Virus record (IMG/VR): IMGVR_UViG_3300020577_007420
Location: 1 to 64,000 of that record
Reading direction: 5' to 3' (one strand)
DNA from: a virus
Lineage: Duplodnaviria > Caudoviricetes
DNA: 64,000 nucleotides
Part shown: one piece after another, positions 19,267-29,043 of the stretch
Layout: the number at the start of each line of letters is the position of its first letter
Numbering within the stretch: the stretch's first letter is position 1
Program-made: the position numbers and the translations under genes
The notes under the pieces: generated by a model
What the model was told of the DNA's origin: nothing
What the model saw: the letters and a program-made list of their open reading frames with translations, nothing else
The model's database searches: none

Positions 19267-19587
19267 ATATCTTTTGTTAAGGGAACTTTACTAAAAGCCT
19301 TAATTATAGGATTTATTGATGGTGACGGATTTATATCAAAACAGTACAAAAGGGATAGCTGTTTTATATCAATCAAGTGTCATAAGGTTTGGAAAGATAA
19401 TCTTGATATATTTTCACAATTTCTACTTAAAAGAAAGCAATCCTATATAAACAAAAGAGGATATGTAGTTCTTAATATAGGCACAATGAAGATTATTCAA
19501 GACCTTAGGCGATTTATTATTAATGAAAATATCCCTGTACTAGAAAGAAAATGGAAACTAGTAAAACTGATAAAGGAGGCAGTCTGA
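19267..19587 (+). pseudogene. 5'-truncated LAGLIDADG endonuclease remnant
   Basis: Open frame reads LLKALIIGFIDGDGFIS...KEAV-stop with no upstream ATG. Confidence 0.65.
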
Positions 19588-20187
19588 AGGAGGGTAAACT
19601 AGGTGTTTATTTCTCTTCAGACTTTCCATTTAGGCCATGTCAATATACTTAAGTATGATAAGCGTCCATTCAAAACCATAACGGAAATGGATGAGACAAT
19701 TATCAAGAATGTAGTCGGAAGGCTAAAGAAAGGAGATGATTTGTATTATCTTGGAGATTTCTCTCTAACTAAGAGTCATGGAGAAATGGAGGGTTATATG
19801 CTTGCGTTAGCATTAACTGGAGCAAATCTGTTCTTCATAAAGGGGAATCATGATAAGCGTGATATTATTAAACTGTACCAGAAATATGGTATATATCTTG
19901 GAGAACAGAAGACCATACAAGTTCTTGATGGTGACGCAAGAGATGGAATACAGAATATAGTTCTGAATCACTATGCTATGAGGGTGTGGGACAGAAGTCA
20001 CCACGGAACATGGCATTTATATGGACATTCTCATCATACATTACCTGAATTAAGTGATAGTTTATCATTTGATGTAGGTATAAATGGTTGGAATTATGAA
20101 CTTCTTAGCTATCAACAAGTTAAGGAGAAAATGTCCAAGAAAACATATAAACCTATTGACCATCACGGAAAAACTGGAAGAGTATGA
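19551..20187 (+). CDS. Calcineurin-like metallophosphoesterase with a +1 frameshift at 19623-19626
   Basis: The ATG 19551 frame gives YFSSDF and the +1 frame continues HLGHVNI; YLGDF, KGNHD and LYGHSH motifs follow. Confidence 0.75.
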
Positions 20188-20393
20188 TTAACCCTGAAAA
20201 ACAAAGACTCGAAGCCAAACTGAAGTTGTGGGAAACTCCCGGATTTCTTCAGTTCATACAAGACCTAGCTGATTATTCTGGTCCAGTGATTAATACATGG
20301 AATAATGTTAATGTGCTGAAAAGAAAATATGAAAAAAAGCTAGAAGACTTAAAACCCAAATCTAAATTTAAACAAGGAAAATTACCGTTATGA
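20184..20393 (+). CDS. Hypothetical protein
   Basis: ORF track; ATGA overlaps. Confidence 0.55.
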   Translation: MINPEKQRLEAKLKLWETPGFLQFIQDLADYSGPVINTWNNVNVLKRKYEKKLEDLKPKSKFKQGKLPL

Positions 20394-20683
20394 GCTATTG
20401 TAAAGACTTGAAGGCAGGTGACCTTATAATGGTTGCCTACTCTAATAAGATGCACCCAGCTGTTTTTTCGAGTGTTGGTATTAGACAAAACCCACGATTT
20501 TATCTAATGTCACAGGGAAAAATAGATTATCTCAGACAGCATGGTACAATATATAGGGATTATCTTACTAGAGATAACTGGCAAAAATCTATAGTAAAGG
20601 TTAACCCTAACGATATGGATGATTCTGTTAGGCATATGTATGATGAATTTATTAATTTATTACAGGAAAAAGGTAAACTATGA
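20390..20683 (+). CDS. Hypothetical protein
   Basis: ORF track; ATGA overlaps. Confidence 0.6.
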   Translation: MSYCKDLKAGDLIMVAYSNKMHPAVFSSVGIRQNPRFYLMSQGKIDYLRQHGTIYRDYLTRDNWQKSIVKVNPNDMDDSVRHMYDEFINLLQEKGKL

Positions 20684-23600
20684 TTATACAGGAGCAAGTA
20701 AAGGATGTAGTAGTTATTGGAGAGGATACCTCAAAGAAGGCTAAGATAAGCCAAGATAAGCTGGCAAAGCTACAGTACCTGCTCACTAAGGGGTTATATA
20801 AGGACCCAATTACAGCAGTGATAGCTGAGTGGACTAACAATGGAATTGATAGTGTTGTTCAGGCAGGAAAGGACCCTATTGAGAATCCGGTTTTGGTAAA
20901 GATTGAGAAAGATATAGCTGGTCAACATATATTCTCTGTAGAGGATAAAGGTGTCGGATTGGATAACCACGACTTCGAGGATATCTGTATGAACTATCTG
21001 GAGAGTACCAAAGAGAACGATAATGATACTATTGGTCATTTCGGTAAACCTATGCCGACTTGGGGAGTAATCCCCTCGATTAAACTGGAAGAATTTTTGG
21101 AAATCCCTTGCAAATGTCAATAATTTTCCGTATATTGTAGTATGGAAAAACAATGTATAAACTGTAAAAAGGTCTTTGAATGTAAAACTTCAAAGGCAAG
21201 ATATTGTTCTGATAAATGTAGATATTCTTATAAGTATACAAACTATAAAAATCACACCTTTACATGTAAAGGATGTGGTAAAGAAGTTAAATCTAATAGG
21301 AATGGTTTACAATATTGTTCAAAAAAATGTTCTAAGATTGGTAATAAGGAAGTTACATTAGAAAAAATAGTAGAAGAAATTGAGAAAAACCCTCAAATTT
21401 CTGCTAAGAAACTGTGTACAAAATTAAAGACTTCTTTGAGAAACTTATACTACTTAATGGAATCCTCTGGATACAGGTCCTACAAGGAACTTATAGGAGT
21501 AGTAAAAGGAGTGTACTTGGAAAAACAGAGAAGTGATACTTCAATAGCTGCCTTAAATTGTTTTGATTATATTTCATCCCTCATAGGTGAACCATACAAA
21601 ACTGAGATTACTTTTGAAGGACTTATAAATCCAAGAACTGGAAGAGAATTAAGAGTAGATTGTTTGTTTGAAAAGGAGAATCTTGTAATTGAGTATCATG
21701 GTATTCAACATTACAAAATTATCCCTTATTTTCACAAGGAGCAAAATACTCTTGAATATCAACAATTTAAAGATAGTGTAAAAGAACAATATTTTAAGGA
21801 AAGAAAGATGAAATACATTGTGATACCATATTGGTATACAGAAAAAGACATTTATGCCGAGACAATCAAAAGCCGAGCCTCAGGGAAGACTGAGGAAGGT
21901 TTAGAGACTAAGGACACTACGGTGAGCCTACAGCCTCCAGCCCCTATTTTATAGGGTGATGATATAGTCCGACACTCTGGGAAACCAGAGATAACAATTC
22001 CGATAGGAATGAAGAGTTTTTTGAGTTTAGAGAGGTCTGCTTCCTTTATTTGTAGGAAGAATGGAGTAGAGAGGAAGTATCTGGTATATGAGGGTGCAGA
22101 GTTTGTTAATTATGACCTTGTATATGAGAAACCTACAACCGAGGAAAATGGTGTAAAAGCAGAATTAGTAATTAATGGATGGTCCGAGAAAAACTTATTC
22201 GTAGATAAGGCAAAGCAAAAGCTGGCATATTATGATACTGCTGTTCTAATTATTGATGGAAATATTATAGAGAGCAAAATCTTTAGAAGTGAGGATTTTC
22301 AGTACTCTTCCCTTAGTACCAGCAGCAATATACATATATGTCTTAAGGATGTATACTACGCTATAGACTGGGAAGCTCTTGGAATTAAGCCAATTGATGT
22401 GAGAATTGGATTGAGGATGTCACTTAGTGACGGAATTACTCCTACTCCTTCTAGAGAAAGCTATATTACCAACGAGAAGACTAAGCAGCTGATTCTGGAT
22501 AAAATTCAGAAGGTAGCTAACTGGTTTGTAGAGAAGTATAATGATAATGTAAAGGAGTTTGATACATTCCTTGATGCATATGAGCATTTAGGAGTATCTA
22601 CCTATAATGTAAAAGTAGGAGATAGTTCATTCTGTATCAATCCTTTAGTTAATTATGCTACTACGAAGATAGTCACCCCAAAGGTAAAAGGGATAACTCA
22701 AAGAGATGCTGTATTCTATAAGAAGGAGAAGGACCATCTTCTTACAGGTTATCAGATTTCTGCCTATCTGGATGACTATGGGACAATGAAGAATGCTGGA
22801 AGGAGATTATGGGTAAGTAAGGATAACTATATTATGAATCATAAAGGTAAGACCATATTGGTAAAGTCTCCTTTTGCAGGAAATGTTAAGGAATTCTTAA
22901 AGCAGAAGTATAAGAAAAGTGCATTATTTGTCTCAGATAGCGGATTTAGGAGAAAGCTAGGTGGTAAAAAAGGAGTAACCGATTATGAGTCCTACTATAG
23001 TATTTTGCAACTCTATTCTGTTAAAAAGCACCTTTGGAGAAAGCATATAGATGAGTTTAATTTTGTTACCTCAACAATTGTTAGTACCTTTATAGATGAA
23101 ACAGATGTCACTTCTGACCCAGCTTTTATCAAGTGGATGGATGACAAGAAGGAAGCACAGAAGCAGAAGAGACTTCTTGGTATTAAGAATGGCACATATA
23201 AGGGATTAAACAAGCAGTTAGGAGATGTCACGTTAGCATACTCGTATAAGAGTATAAGGGGTATATCCTTCAAGAAAGAAGCTTTCCCTATAGCAAATCT
23301 ACATAAGAATCACTTTGTAACAGTACTGATTGAAGAAGGGGATGATATTGAGAAGCTCAAAGAGATTATTCCGGGATTCAACTTTACTGGTTCTACTGTA
23401 AAGTTTGCTACAGTTGGTAAGAAAGAGAGTAAAAAGATTCCAGAATGTTCACAATTCATTAATGTTAAGAAATTTATGAGCAGAGATTGTAAACCGTTTT
23501 CCAGATTGGCATCAGCCATTGTATTCCAGAAAGCTCTGGAAGAGCTAGATAGTGTAAAGAAGTATAAGTCTGAGGTATTTAGGAAGTTTGTTAGTCACTT

Positions 23601-23910
23601 ACATAAGGATGAGATTGCCTTGAGGGGTTATGTCAACATAAATATGGCATATCTTGACGATAAGGCAAAGACTGCAATCCTTGAAGTGGCAGATGAGAAC
23701 AAACTTTATGACTATTCTCTTTGGGATGTATATACTCGTATTAAAGAGGGAGCAAAGAAATATGACTTTATTAATCTTTTAGCAGAACCTCCTTACTATA
23801 ATAAGGAAATGCAGGAAAGATACCAAAAGTTAATAAATCAGATACTCCTTTTTAGGATGAAGTATTATAATGACTTACCTGAGGGAACAAAAATTGTAAT
23901 TGAAAATTAA
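20680..23910 (+). CDS. rIIA: rIIA-like protein with N-terminal GHKL ATPase; exons 20680..21045 and 22003..23910
   Basis: EWTNNGID and VEDKGVG motifs; splicing restores IGHFG-IGMKS (GHKL G-box); followed by an rIIB-like gene. Confidence 0.8.
21046..22002 (+). mobile_element. Group I intron 5 in rIIA
   Basis: P1: TTCGGT pairs with GCCGA. P4 TTTTG/CAAAA, GGTTTAGAGACTA and GATATAGTCC; terminal G precedes ATAGGAATG. Confidence 0.85.
21142..21954 (+). CDS. Intron-encoded endonuclease with zinc-finger repeats and a PD-(D/E)xK/Vsr-like C-terminal domain
   Basis: Two CxxC...YCSxxC repeats; LRVDCLF..LVIEYHGIQHY. Confidence 0.7.
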   Translation: MEKQCINCKKVFECKTSKARYCSDKCRYSYKYTNYKNHTFTCKGCGKEVKSNRNGLQYCSKKCSKIGNKEVTLEKIVEEIEKNPQISAKKLCTKLKTSLRNLYYLMESSGYRSYKELIGVVKGVYLEKQRSDTSIAALNCFDYISSLIGEPYKTEITFEGLINPRTGRELRVDCLFEKENLVIEYHGIQHYKIIPYFHKEQNTLEYQQFKDSVKEQYFKERKMKYIVIPYWYTEKDIYAETIKSRASGKTEEGLETKDTTVSLQPPAPIL

Positions 23911-23921
23911 AAATAAAAACT

Positions 23922-26353
23922 ATGAATTGGTTTAAAACACTGTGGCTTTCCTCTGAGGAAAGAGAAATCCTTAGAAAAGCAAAAAACAACGAGTTAGTAG
24001 AGAAACCTTCTCCACTCTCAGCACTTATACCTGAGGATATGTATAAGAAACCGTACCAGAAGATTATCTATTCTAATGGTACTGTGACAGTTATCTTTAA
24101 TGATGGGACTACAATTAGTAAGTCCGGGGTGGATGCTCTCTTTCTGGATAGGGTAAAGAATGCATATTCTCAATATGCAATTGAGGAAATGATGGTGAAT
24201 AAGCAGCCTGAGCCTACTAAACAGAATATTGAGACTGAGGAAGAGAGGAAGATTGTCTCAAACAATCTTGGAATATTTGATAAGAATCCTGATTTCACGG
24301 TATCTGGTAATCAAGTATTTCTGAAAGGTGTAAATCTGGCAATGCCAGCAGTTGTTGCTGCAAGTTTTATTGAGATTCTTGAAAAGATGCAGTATGGAAC
24401 ACCGACTCCTACTCTTACAGACCAGCTTCAGGCTCTGAAGATGTTTTGGCTTAAGCTGGCACTGAACAGTCTTCCTCAAAGCAGGGAGGATTTGCTTGCA
24501 TTTGTAAGGAAGAATGATGTAAGAATTACCAGAAATGGTAACCTTATTCTGTACAGAAGAATTGTTAGTAAGGGGAATACCGATAAGGAACTGGTTACCT
24601 ATGTAACTCAGGAGTACTATCGTATTAAGAAGAACGGTCTTGACCCTCGTGAGTACGCAATCTATAAGCTTGATGGTAAGTATGGAACTATTGATTTGAA
24701 GACATATGACCCCTTCAATAAGCCTACTGATATCATTCCTTTCTGCAATCTGCAGCAGATGTATCTTGAGTTACCTACTTACGATAGCAATGACTTTACT
24801 GCATGGCATGGTAGAGGTACATCAATTAAGTTGGGTGGCATTTACCGCATTCCTGAGGACGAAATTAATCTAGATAATAGTATCTGCGCTGCTGGTGGGC
24901 TAAGATGTGTGGCCTCTCTATAAGTAATTATGGAGTAATAAATCGAGCAAATTCGATGAAGTCTAAAAATAAATTTGTTTATGTGGTGGTAATTATGTAT
25001 ATTTAATTATGAAAAAATATACAAAAATTACTAAAGAATTAATAGATAAAGTCGTTCTTTTAAATAAAAATGGTCATTCCTATAGTGAAATAGGAAAGAT
25101 TTTAGAATTATCCTCAGTAAGGGGAATTCAAAATTTTATAAGAAAGAATAAGATAAAGTTTGTTAACAATTCCTCTCTTATAACAATAAGGGATAAAAAA
25201 TACAAAAGCCAAGATGATTATTTTGATATAATAGATAATCATAAAAAGGCATATATATTAGGATTTATTTATAGTGATGGGTGTGTTTATGACAATAAAA
25301 GATTTGGATTTTGTATATCCGAACAAGATTCTGAAATCTTAGATTTTATAAGACAAGAAGTTTGTCCAAATAAACCCTATAAAGTAATAAATCACTTAAA
25401 TAAAAAACCTCAGGTTGTATTAAGAATAGGAAATAAAAGAATTGTTAAAACACTTATTGAGAAGTGGGGAGTTGTTCCTAATAAAACAAAGAATCCAAAA
25501 TTGGTATTCCCAAAAATAGAGGATTCTTTTATATGGTCTTTTTTACGAGGAATTGTTGATGGAGATGGTCATATAAGAATTAGAACAACTAAATCATTTT
25601 ATGTAGAAATATGCATGTCAGACTTAAATTTTCTATCTGATTTACAAAAATTTCTAGATAAGAATAATATGAAATCTAAAATAAAAACAATAGTTGGTAA
25701 AACTTGTAATTATTATAGAATATATATTCCAAACTCAATAACTTTTTTGAATAAACTTTATGAAAACAAAGACTTTTTCTGTTTAAAAAGAAAACTTCAT
25801 AAATATTTAATTATTCACGATAATATCGAGCTAACTTCTTCAATTACGAAAGGTGAAGAAGTAGTGTAACGCATAGAGGATGAATAAATATAATTCCTCC
25901 ACGAGTGTTCGACATCCTTATAAATAGGATGAAAATATATGCTGAACTTTAGAGAAATCTAAAGAACTAAAGGATAAAAAGCCTTTAGGTTAACAAATTT
26001 GACATGCTGCAGCTGTAGATTATGATTATTCTGGATTTGGAGACGTTCCTGTTGTAGTACTGGTAAATCCCTCAAAGGCTATTACTGTTCCTCTTGGGGA
26101 AACAGGAAAGCTGAGAACTACTGAGATGTTTGTTGCTTGTGTAAACGACAAACCCCATGGTACTCACTTTGATGAGAGTGCTATTGCTGCATTTGATGAA
26201 GAATATCATGATTTGACACTGGAAGAACTTGAGGAAGCTGCAAAGACAAAGAACTTTAGCAACCTGTCTGTTCAGGATAAAGTTCCTGCAATTTCTCTTG
26301 TAGACCTTAACCAAATCAGACAACTTCTGAGGAGCAGGATACAGAAGGTTTAA
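23922..26353 (+). CDS. rIIB: rIIB-like protein; exons 23922..24901 and 26002..26353
   Basis: ITRNGNLILYRR motif; splicing restores CAAGG-L-HAA (rIIB-type C..GLH motif), in frame with track ORF 26126..26353. Confidence 0.75.
24902..26001 (+). mobile_element. Group I intron 6 in rIIB
   Basis: P1: GGGCT pairs with GGCCT. P4 TTCGAT/ATCGAG and P7 GCATA/TATGC; ends ...AACAAATTTG. Confidence 0.82.
25009..25869 (+). CDS. Intron-encoded LAGLIDADG homing endonuclease with N-terminal HTH
   Basis: AYILGFIYSDG and FLRGIVDGDG motifs; promoter TTTG-N20-TATATTTA at 24974-25005. Confidence 0.88.
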   Translation: MKKYTKITKELIDKVVLLNKNGHSYSEIGKILELSSVRGIQNFIRKNKIKFVNNSSLITIRDKKYKSQDDYFDIIDNHKKAYILGFIYSDGCVYDNKRFGFCISEQDSEILDFIRQEVCPNKPYKVINHLNKKPQVVLRIGNKRIVKTLIEKWGVVPNKTKNPKLVFPKIEDSFIWSFLRGIVDGDGHIRIRTTKSFYVEICMSDLNFLSDLQKFLDKNNMKSKIKTIVGKTCNYYRIYIPNSITFLNKLYENKDFFCLKRKLHKYLIIHDNIELTSSITKGEEVV

Positions 26354-26361
26354 TGATTAAG

Positions 26362-26393
26362 AAGTGCCCATGGTTATTCTGTGGGCACTTTTT
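26362..26393 (+). terminator. Intrinsic terminator
   Basis: AAGTGCCCA-loop-TGGGCACTT followed by a T run. Confidence 0.8.
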
Positions 26394-26406
26394 TAAATTT
26401 AATATT

Positions 26407-27120
26407 ATGAGAATCATAGCATTAGGTGATATACATGGTCACAAATCGTGGAAGGATATTGTAAACAATGAGCAATTTGATAAGATTGTATTTGTTGGAG
26501 ATTACTTTGATAGTTTTACAGTGAAAACTGAAGACCAAGTAAATAACTTCCTTGATATAATTGAGTTTAAGAAATCTAGACCAGATGACGTGATTCTCTT
26601 AATAGGAAATCATGACCATCATTATTTTCCCTTTGTAGGATATACTGGTACATCTGGTTATCAACAAGCAGGTAAGTTCTTAATAGAACCTGTACTTAAC
26701 GAGAATAAGGACTATCTACAAATGGCTTATCAATTTGATAATGTGCTATTTACACATGCTGGGTTTAGCCCTCTGTGGGCAGGTGCTGTTTTAGGAGACG
26801 ATTGGGAAAAAGAATTGACAGGAAATTATGCGGATTTGATTAACGATATATGGCTACATAAGCCAAAAGCATTCTGTCATAACGGAAGGGACCCATATGG
26901 GGATGATAAATACCAGACTCCTATCTGGATACGTCCAAGAGCATTGATGTATATAGCAAGACCTATTAGCAGGAAGATAATTCAGATAGTAGGTCATACT
27001 TACCAGAACCAGATTGACATAAAGGGAAAATCTACAGGAGGAAGATACTATTTTATTGACTGTCTGCCAAAAGAATACCTTATCATAGATAATGGTAAGT
27101 TTGAGGTAGGAAAATTATAA
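26407..27120 (+). CDS. Calcineurin-like metallophosphoesterase
   Basis: GDIHG, GDYFD, GNHD, THAG and GHT motifs; ATG start at 26407. Confidence 0.85.
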   Translation: MRIIALGDIHGHKSWKDIVNNEQFDKIVFVGDYFDSFTVKTEDQVNNFLDIIEFKKSRPDDVILLIGNHDHHYFPFVGYTGTSGYQQAGKFLIEPVLNENKDYLQMAYQFDNVLFTHAGFSPLWAGAVLGDDWEKELTGNYADLINDIWLHKPKAFCHNGRDPYGDDKYQTPIWIRPRALMYIARPISRKIIQIVGHTYQNQIDIKGKSTGGRYYFIDCLPKEYLIIDNGKFEVGKL

Positions 27121-27122
27121 CT

Positions 27123-28226
27123 ATGAGTAAGAAATCGTTTCCAATTTTATTTAAATATGATACAAGAGGGAGAATACAGCAGTGGCAAATTCATGTAAAG
27201 GATGACCATTTTTGGACAGAAGAGGGTATAAAGGGAGGTGCAATAACTACCTCTCTACCAACCTATTGTAAAGCAAAGAATATAGGAAGGGCAAATGAGA
27301 CTACTCCTCAGGAACAGGCACTAGCTGAAGCCCAATCTAAGTGGCAGAAGAAAGTAGATAAGGGATATAATGAAGTCCTGACAGATAAGAAGAAGTTTTT
27401 CGAGCCTATGCTGGCTCATGAGGTAAGCAAGTATGAGAAGCTACTGTTTACTGTACCTACTTTTATACAGCCAAAATTAGATGGACTTAGATGTATTTCA
27501 CAAGATAATACACTGATGTCCAGAAATGGGAAGCCGTATTTGGCATGTCCACATCTACATCAGGATAGGTTTACGTTGGATGGTGAACTGTATAATCATG
27601 AGTTCCACGACGACTTTAATAAGATTGTGAGCCTGTGTAAGAAGCAGAAACCCACAGCCGAGGACCTAAAGGAAAGTATGCAGAAGGTACAGTTCTGGGC
27701 CTATGATATGCCTGAGATTGAGGGAGAGTTCTCTGAGAGATATAAGGCTCTTGAGAAGGCTATCAATGAGTTAAAGAAGGCACAAGGAAAGTGTCCCTAT
27801 AAGTTGGTTCCTACATATCGTGTTCATAATCAAGCGGATGTGGAGAAATATCACGAGAAGTTCCTTGAAGATGGATACGAGGGTTCTATCTTACGTCTTG
27901 ATTTGGGAGAATATGAGAATAAGAGAAGTAAGCAGTTATTGAAGAAAAAGGACTTTGTGGATGAAGAATTTACAATCGTAGGGGCAGAAGAAGGCGAAGG
28001 AGGCAGAGCTGGAACAATTGGTTACTTTATTATGGCACACGATAAGATTAAGGATAAGACCTTTAAGTCAAATGTCAAGGGAGACTTTGAGTATCTGGCA
28101 GAGGTTTGGAAGGACAGGAAGAAATATATAGGCACAAAAGCTACAGTAAAGTACTTTAACAGGACTCCAGATGATGTTCCTCGGTTTCCGTATATTATCA
28201 AACTAAACAGAGAAGAATATGAATAG
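27123..28226 (+). CDS. lig: ATP-dependent DNA ligase with N-terminal WGR-like domain
   Basis: QPKLDG (KxDG), SRNGK, LDGELY, EGSIL, LLKKK and PRFP motifs. Confidence 0.9.
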   Translation: MSKKSFPILFKYDTRGRIQQWQIHVKDDHFWTEEGIKGGAITTSLPTYCKAKNIGRANETTPQEQALAEAQSKWQKKVDKGYNEVLTDKKKFFEPMLAHEVSKYEKLLFTVPTFIQPKLDGLRCISQDNTLMSRNGKPYLACPHLHQDRFTLDGELYNHEFHDDFNKIVSLCKKQKPTAEDLKESMQKVQFWAYDMPEIEGEFSERYKALEKAINELKKAQGKCPYKLVPTYRVHNQADVEKYHEKFLEDGYEGSILRLDLGEYENKRSKQLLKKKDFVDEEFTIVGAEEGEGGRAGTIGYFIMAHDKIKDKTFKSNVKGDFEYLAEVWKDRKKYIGTKATVKYFNRTPDDVPRFPYIIKLNREEYE

Positions 28227-28647
28227 TGTAATAGCAGCCGATGTTAATTCTCTACTACAGACAACGGGAGGTACTATAGTATCTCCCGTTTACGTTGGTA
28301 CAGTTAGTACGAGTTTACAGTATGTTGTTCCTCAACCAACAACTACGCCTCCGCCCAAAAGAAGGTTGACGGGTAAACCTAAAGGTAAAACGGAAGAACA
28401 ACAGAAGGAAAACATAAGGAAAAGAGTAAGCTATAGATGGATTGTACAAGAAGCTCAGTATTTTAGAAGTAAAGGAGTCCCTCTGCACTCAATTTCTGTA
28501 GTAATGAAGTATATCATTGAACTAAGATGTTCGTACAAAGGAGGATTTGCCTATAATTCTAATAGGCATTGGGCAAGACAGAGTCTTTATTTGTTCCTTG
28601 GGGATATTAAAGACCATAAAATGGTAGAAGAACTTAAACTTAATTAA
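28219..28647 (+). CDS. Hypothetical protein
   Basis: ORF track. Confidence 0.55.
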   Translation: MNSVIAADVNSLLQTTGGTIVSPVYVGTVSTSLQYVVPQPTTTPPPKRRLTGKPKGKTEEQQKENIRKRVSYRWIVQEAQYFRSKGVPLHSISVVMKYIIELRCSYKGGFAYNSNRHWARQSLYLFLGDIKDHKMVEELKLN

Positions 28648-28649
28648 AT

Positions 28650-28922
28650 ATGAATAATTTAAAAGTAGGAGATTTAATATACTTTAAGGATTACTTCTGT
28701 GAGATTTTTGCTATACAACCTGATAAAAGTGGTGAGTCTCGTTTTGATATACTTAAAATTCACAGAAAGTATAGAAGTGATGGCACAAAAATGATGTCCA
28801 TTTGGACATCATGGGTATATAGGTGCTGGGTAAAGTCACCTGATGAGAAGTTTGACGATGAAATTAAAGAACGTATTCAATTATTAGAAATCTATAAAAA
28901 TTTAACAAGTAAAAAATTGTAG
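28650..28922 (+). CDS. Hypothetical protein
   Basis: ORF track. Confidence 0.55.
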   Translation: MNNLKVGDLIYFKDYFCEIFAIQPDKSGESRFDILKIHRKYRSDGTKMMSIWTSWVYRCWVKSPDEKFDDEIKERIQLLEIYKNLTSKKL

Positions 28923-28923
28923 T

Positions 28924-29043
28924 ATGAGTACAAAATTATATATAGTAGTAAAAGCTGATACAAAGTTTTGGAAAGGAAAAAAGTTTTCTGAAGAACATAA
29001 ACAAAACTTAAGAAAACCAAAAATAAGAAAGAATGCAAAATAG
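28924..29043 (+). pseudogene. 39-codon ORF containing a NUMOD3-like endonuclease remnant
   Basis: Reads MSTKLYIVVKADTKFWKGKKFSEEHKQNLRKPK...; KGKKFSEEHK is NUMOD3-like. Confidence 0.45.
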
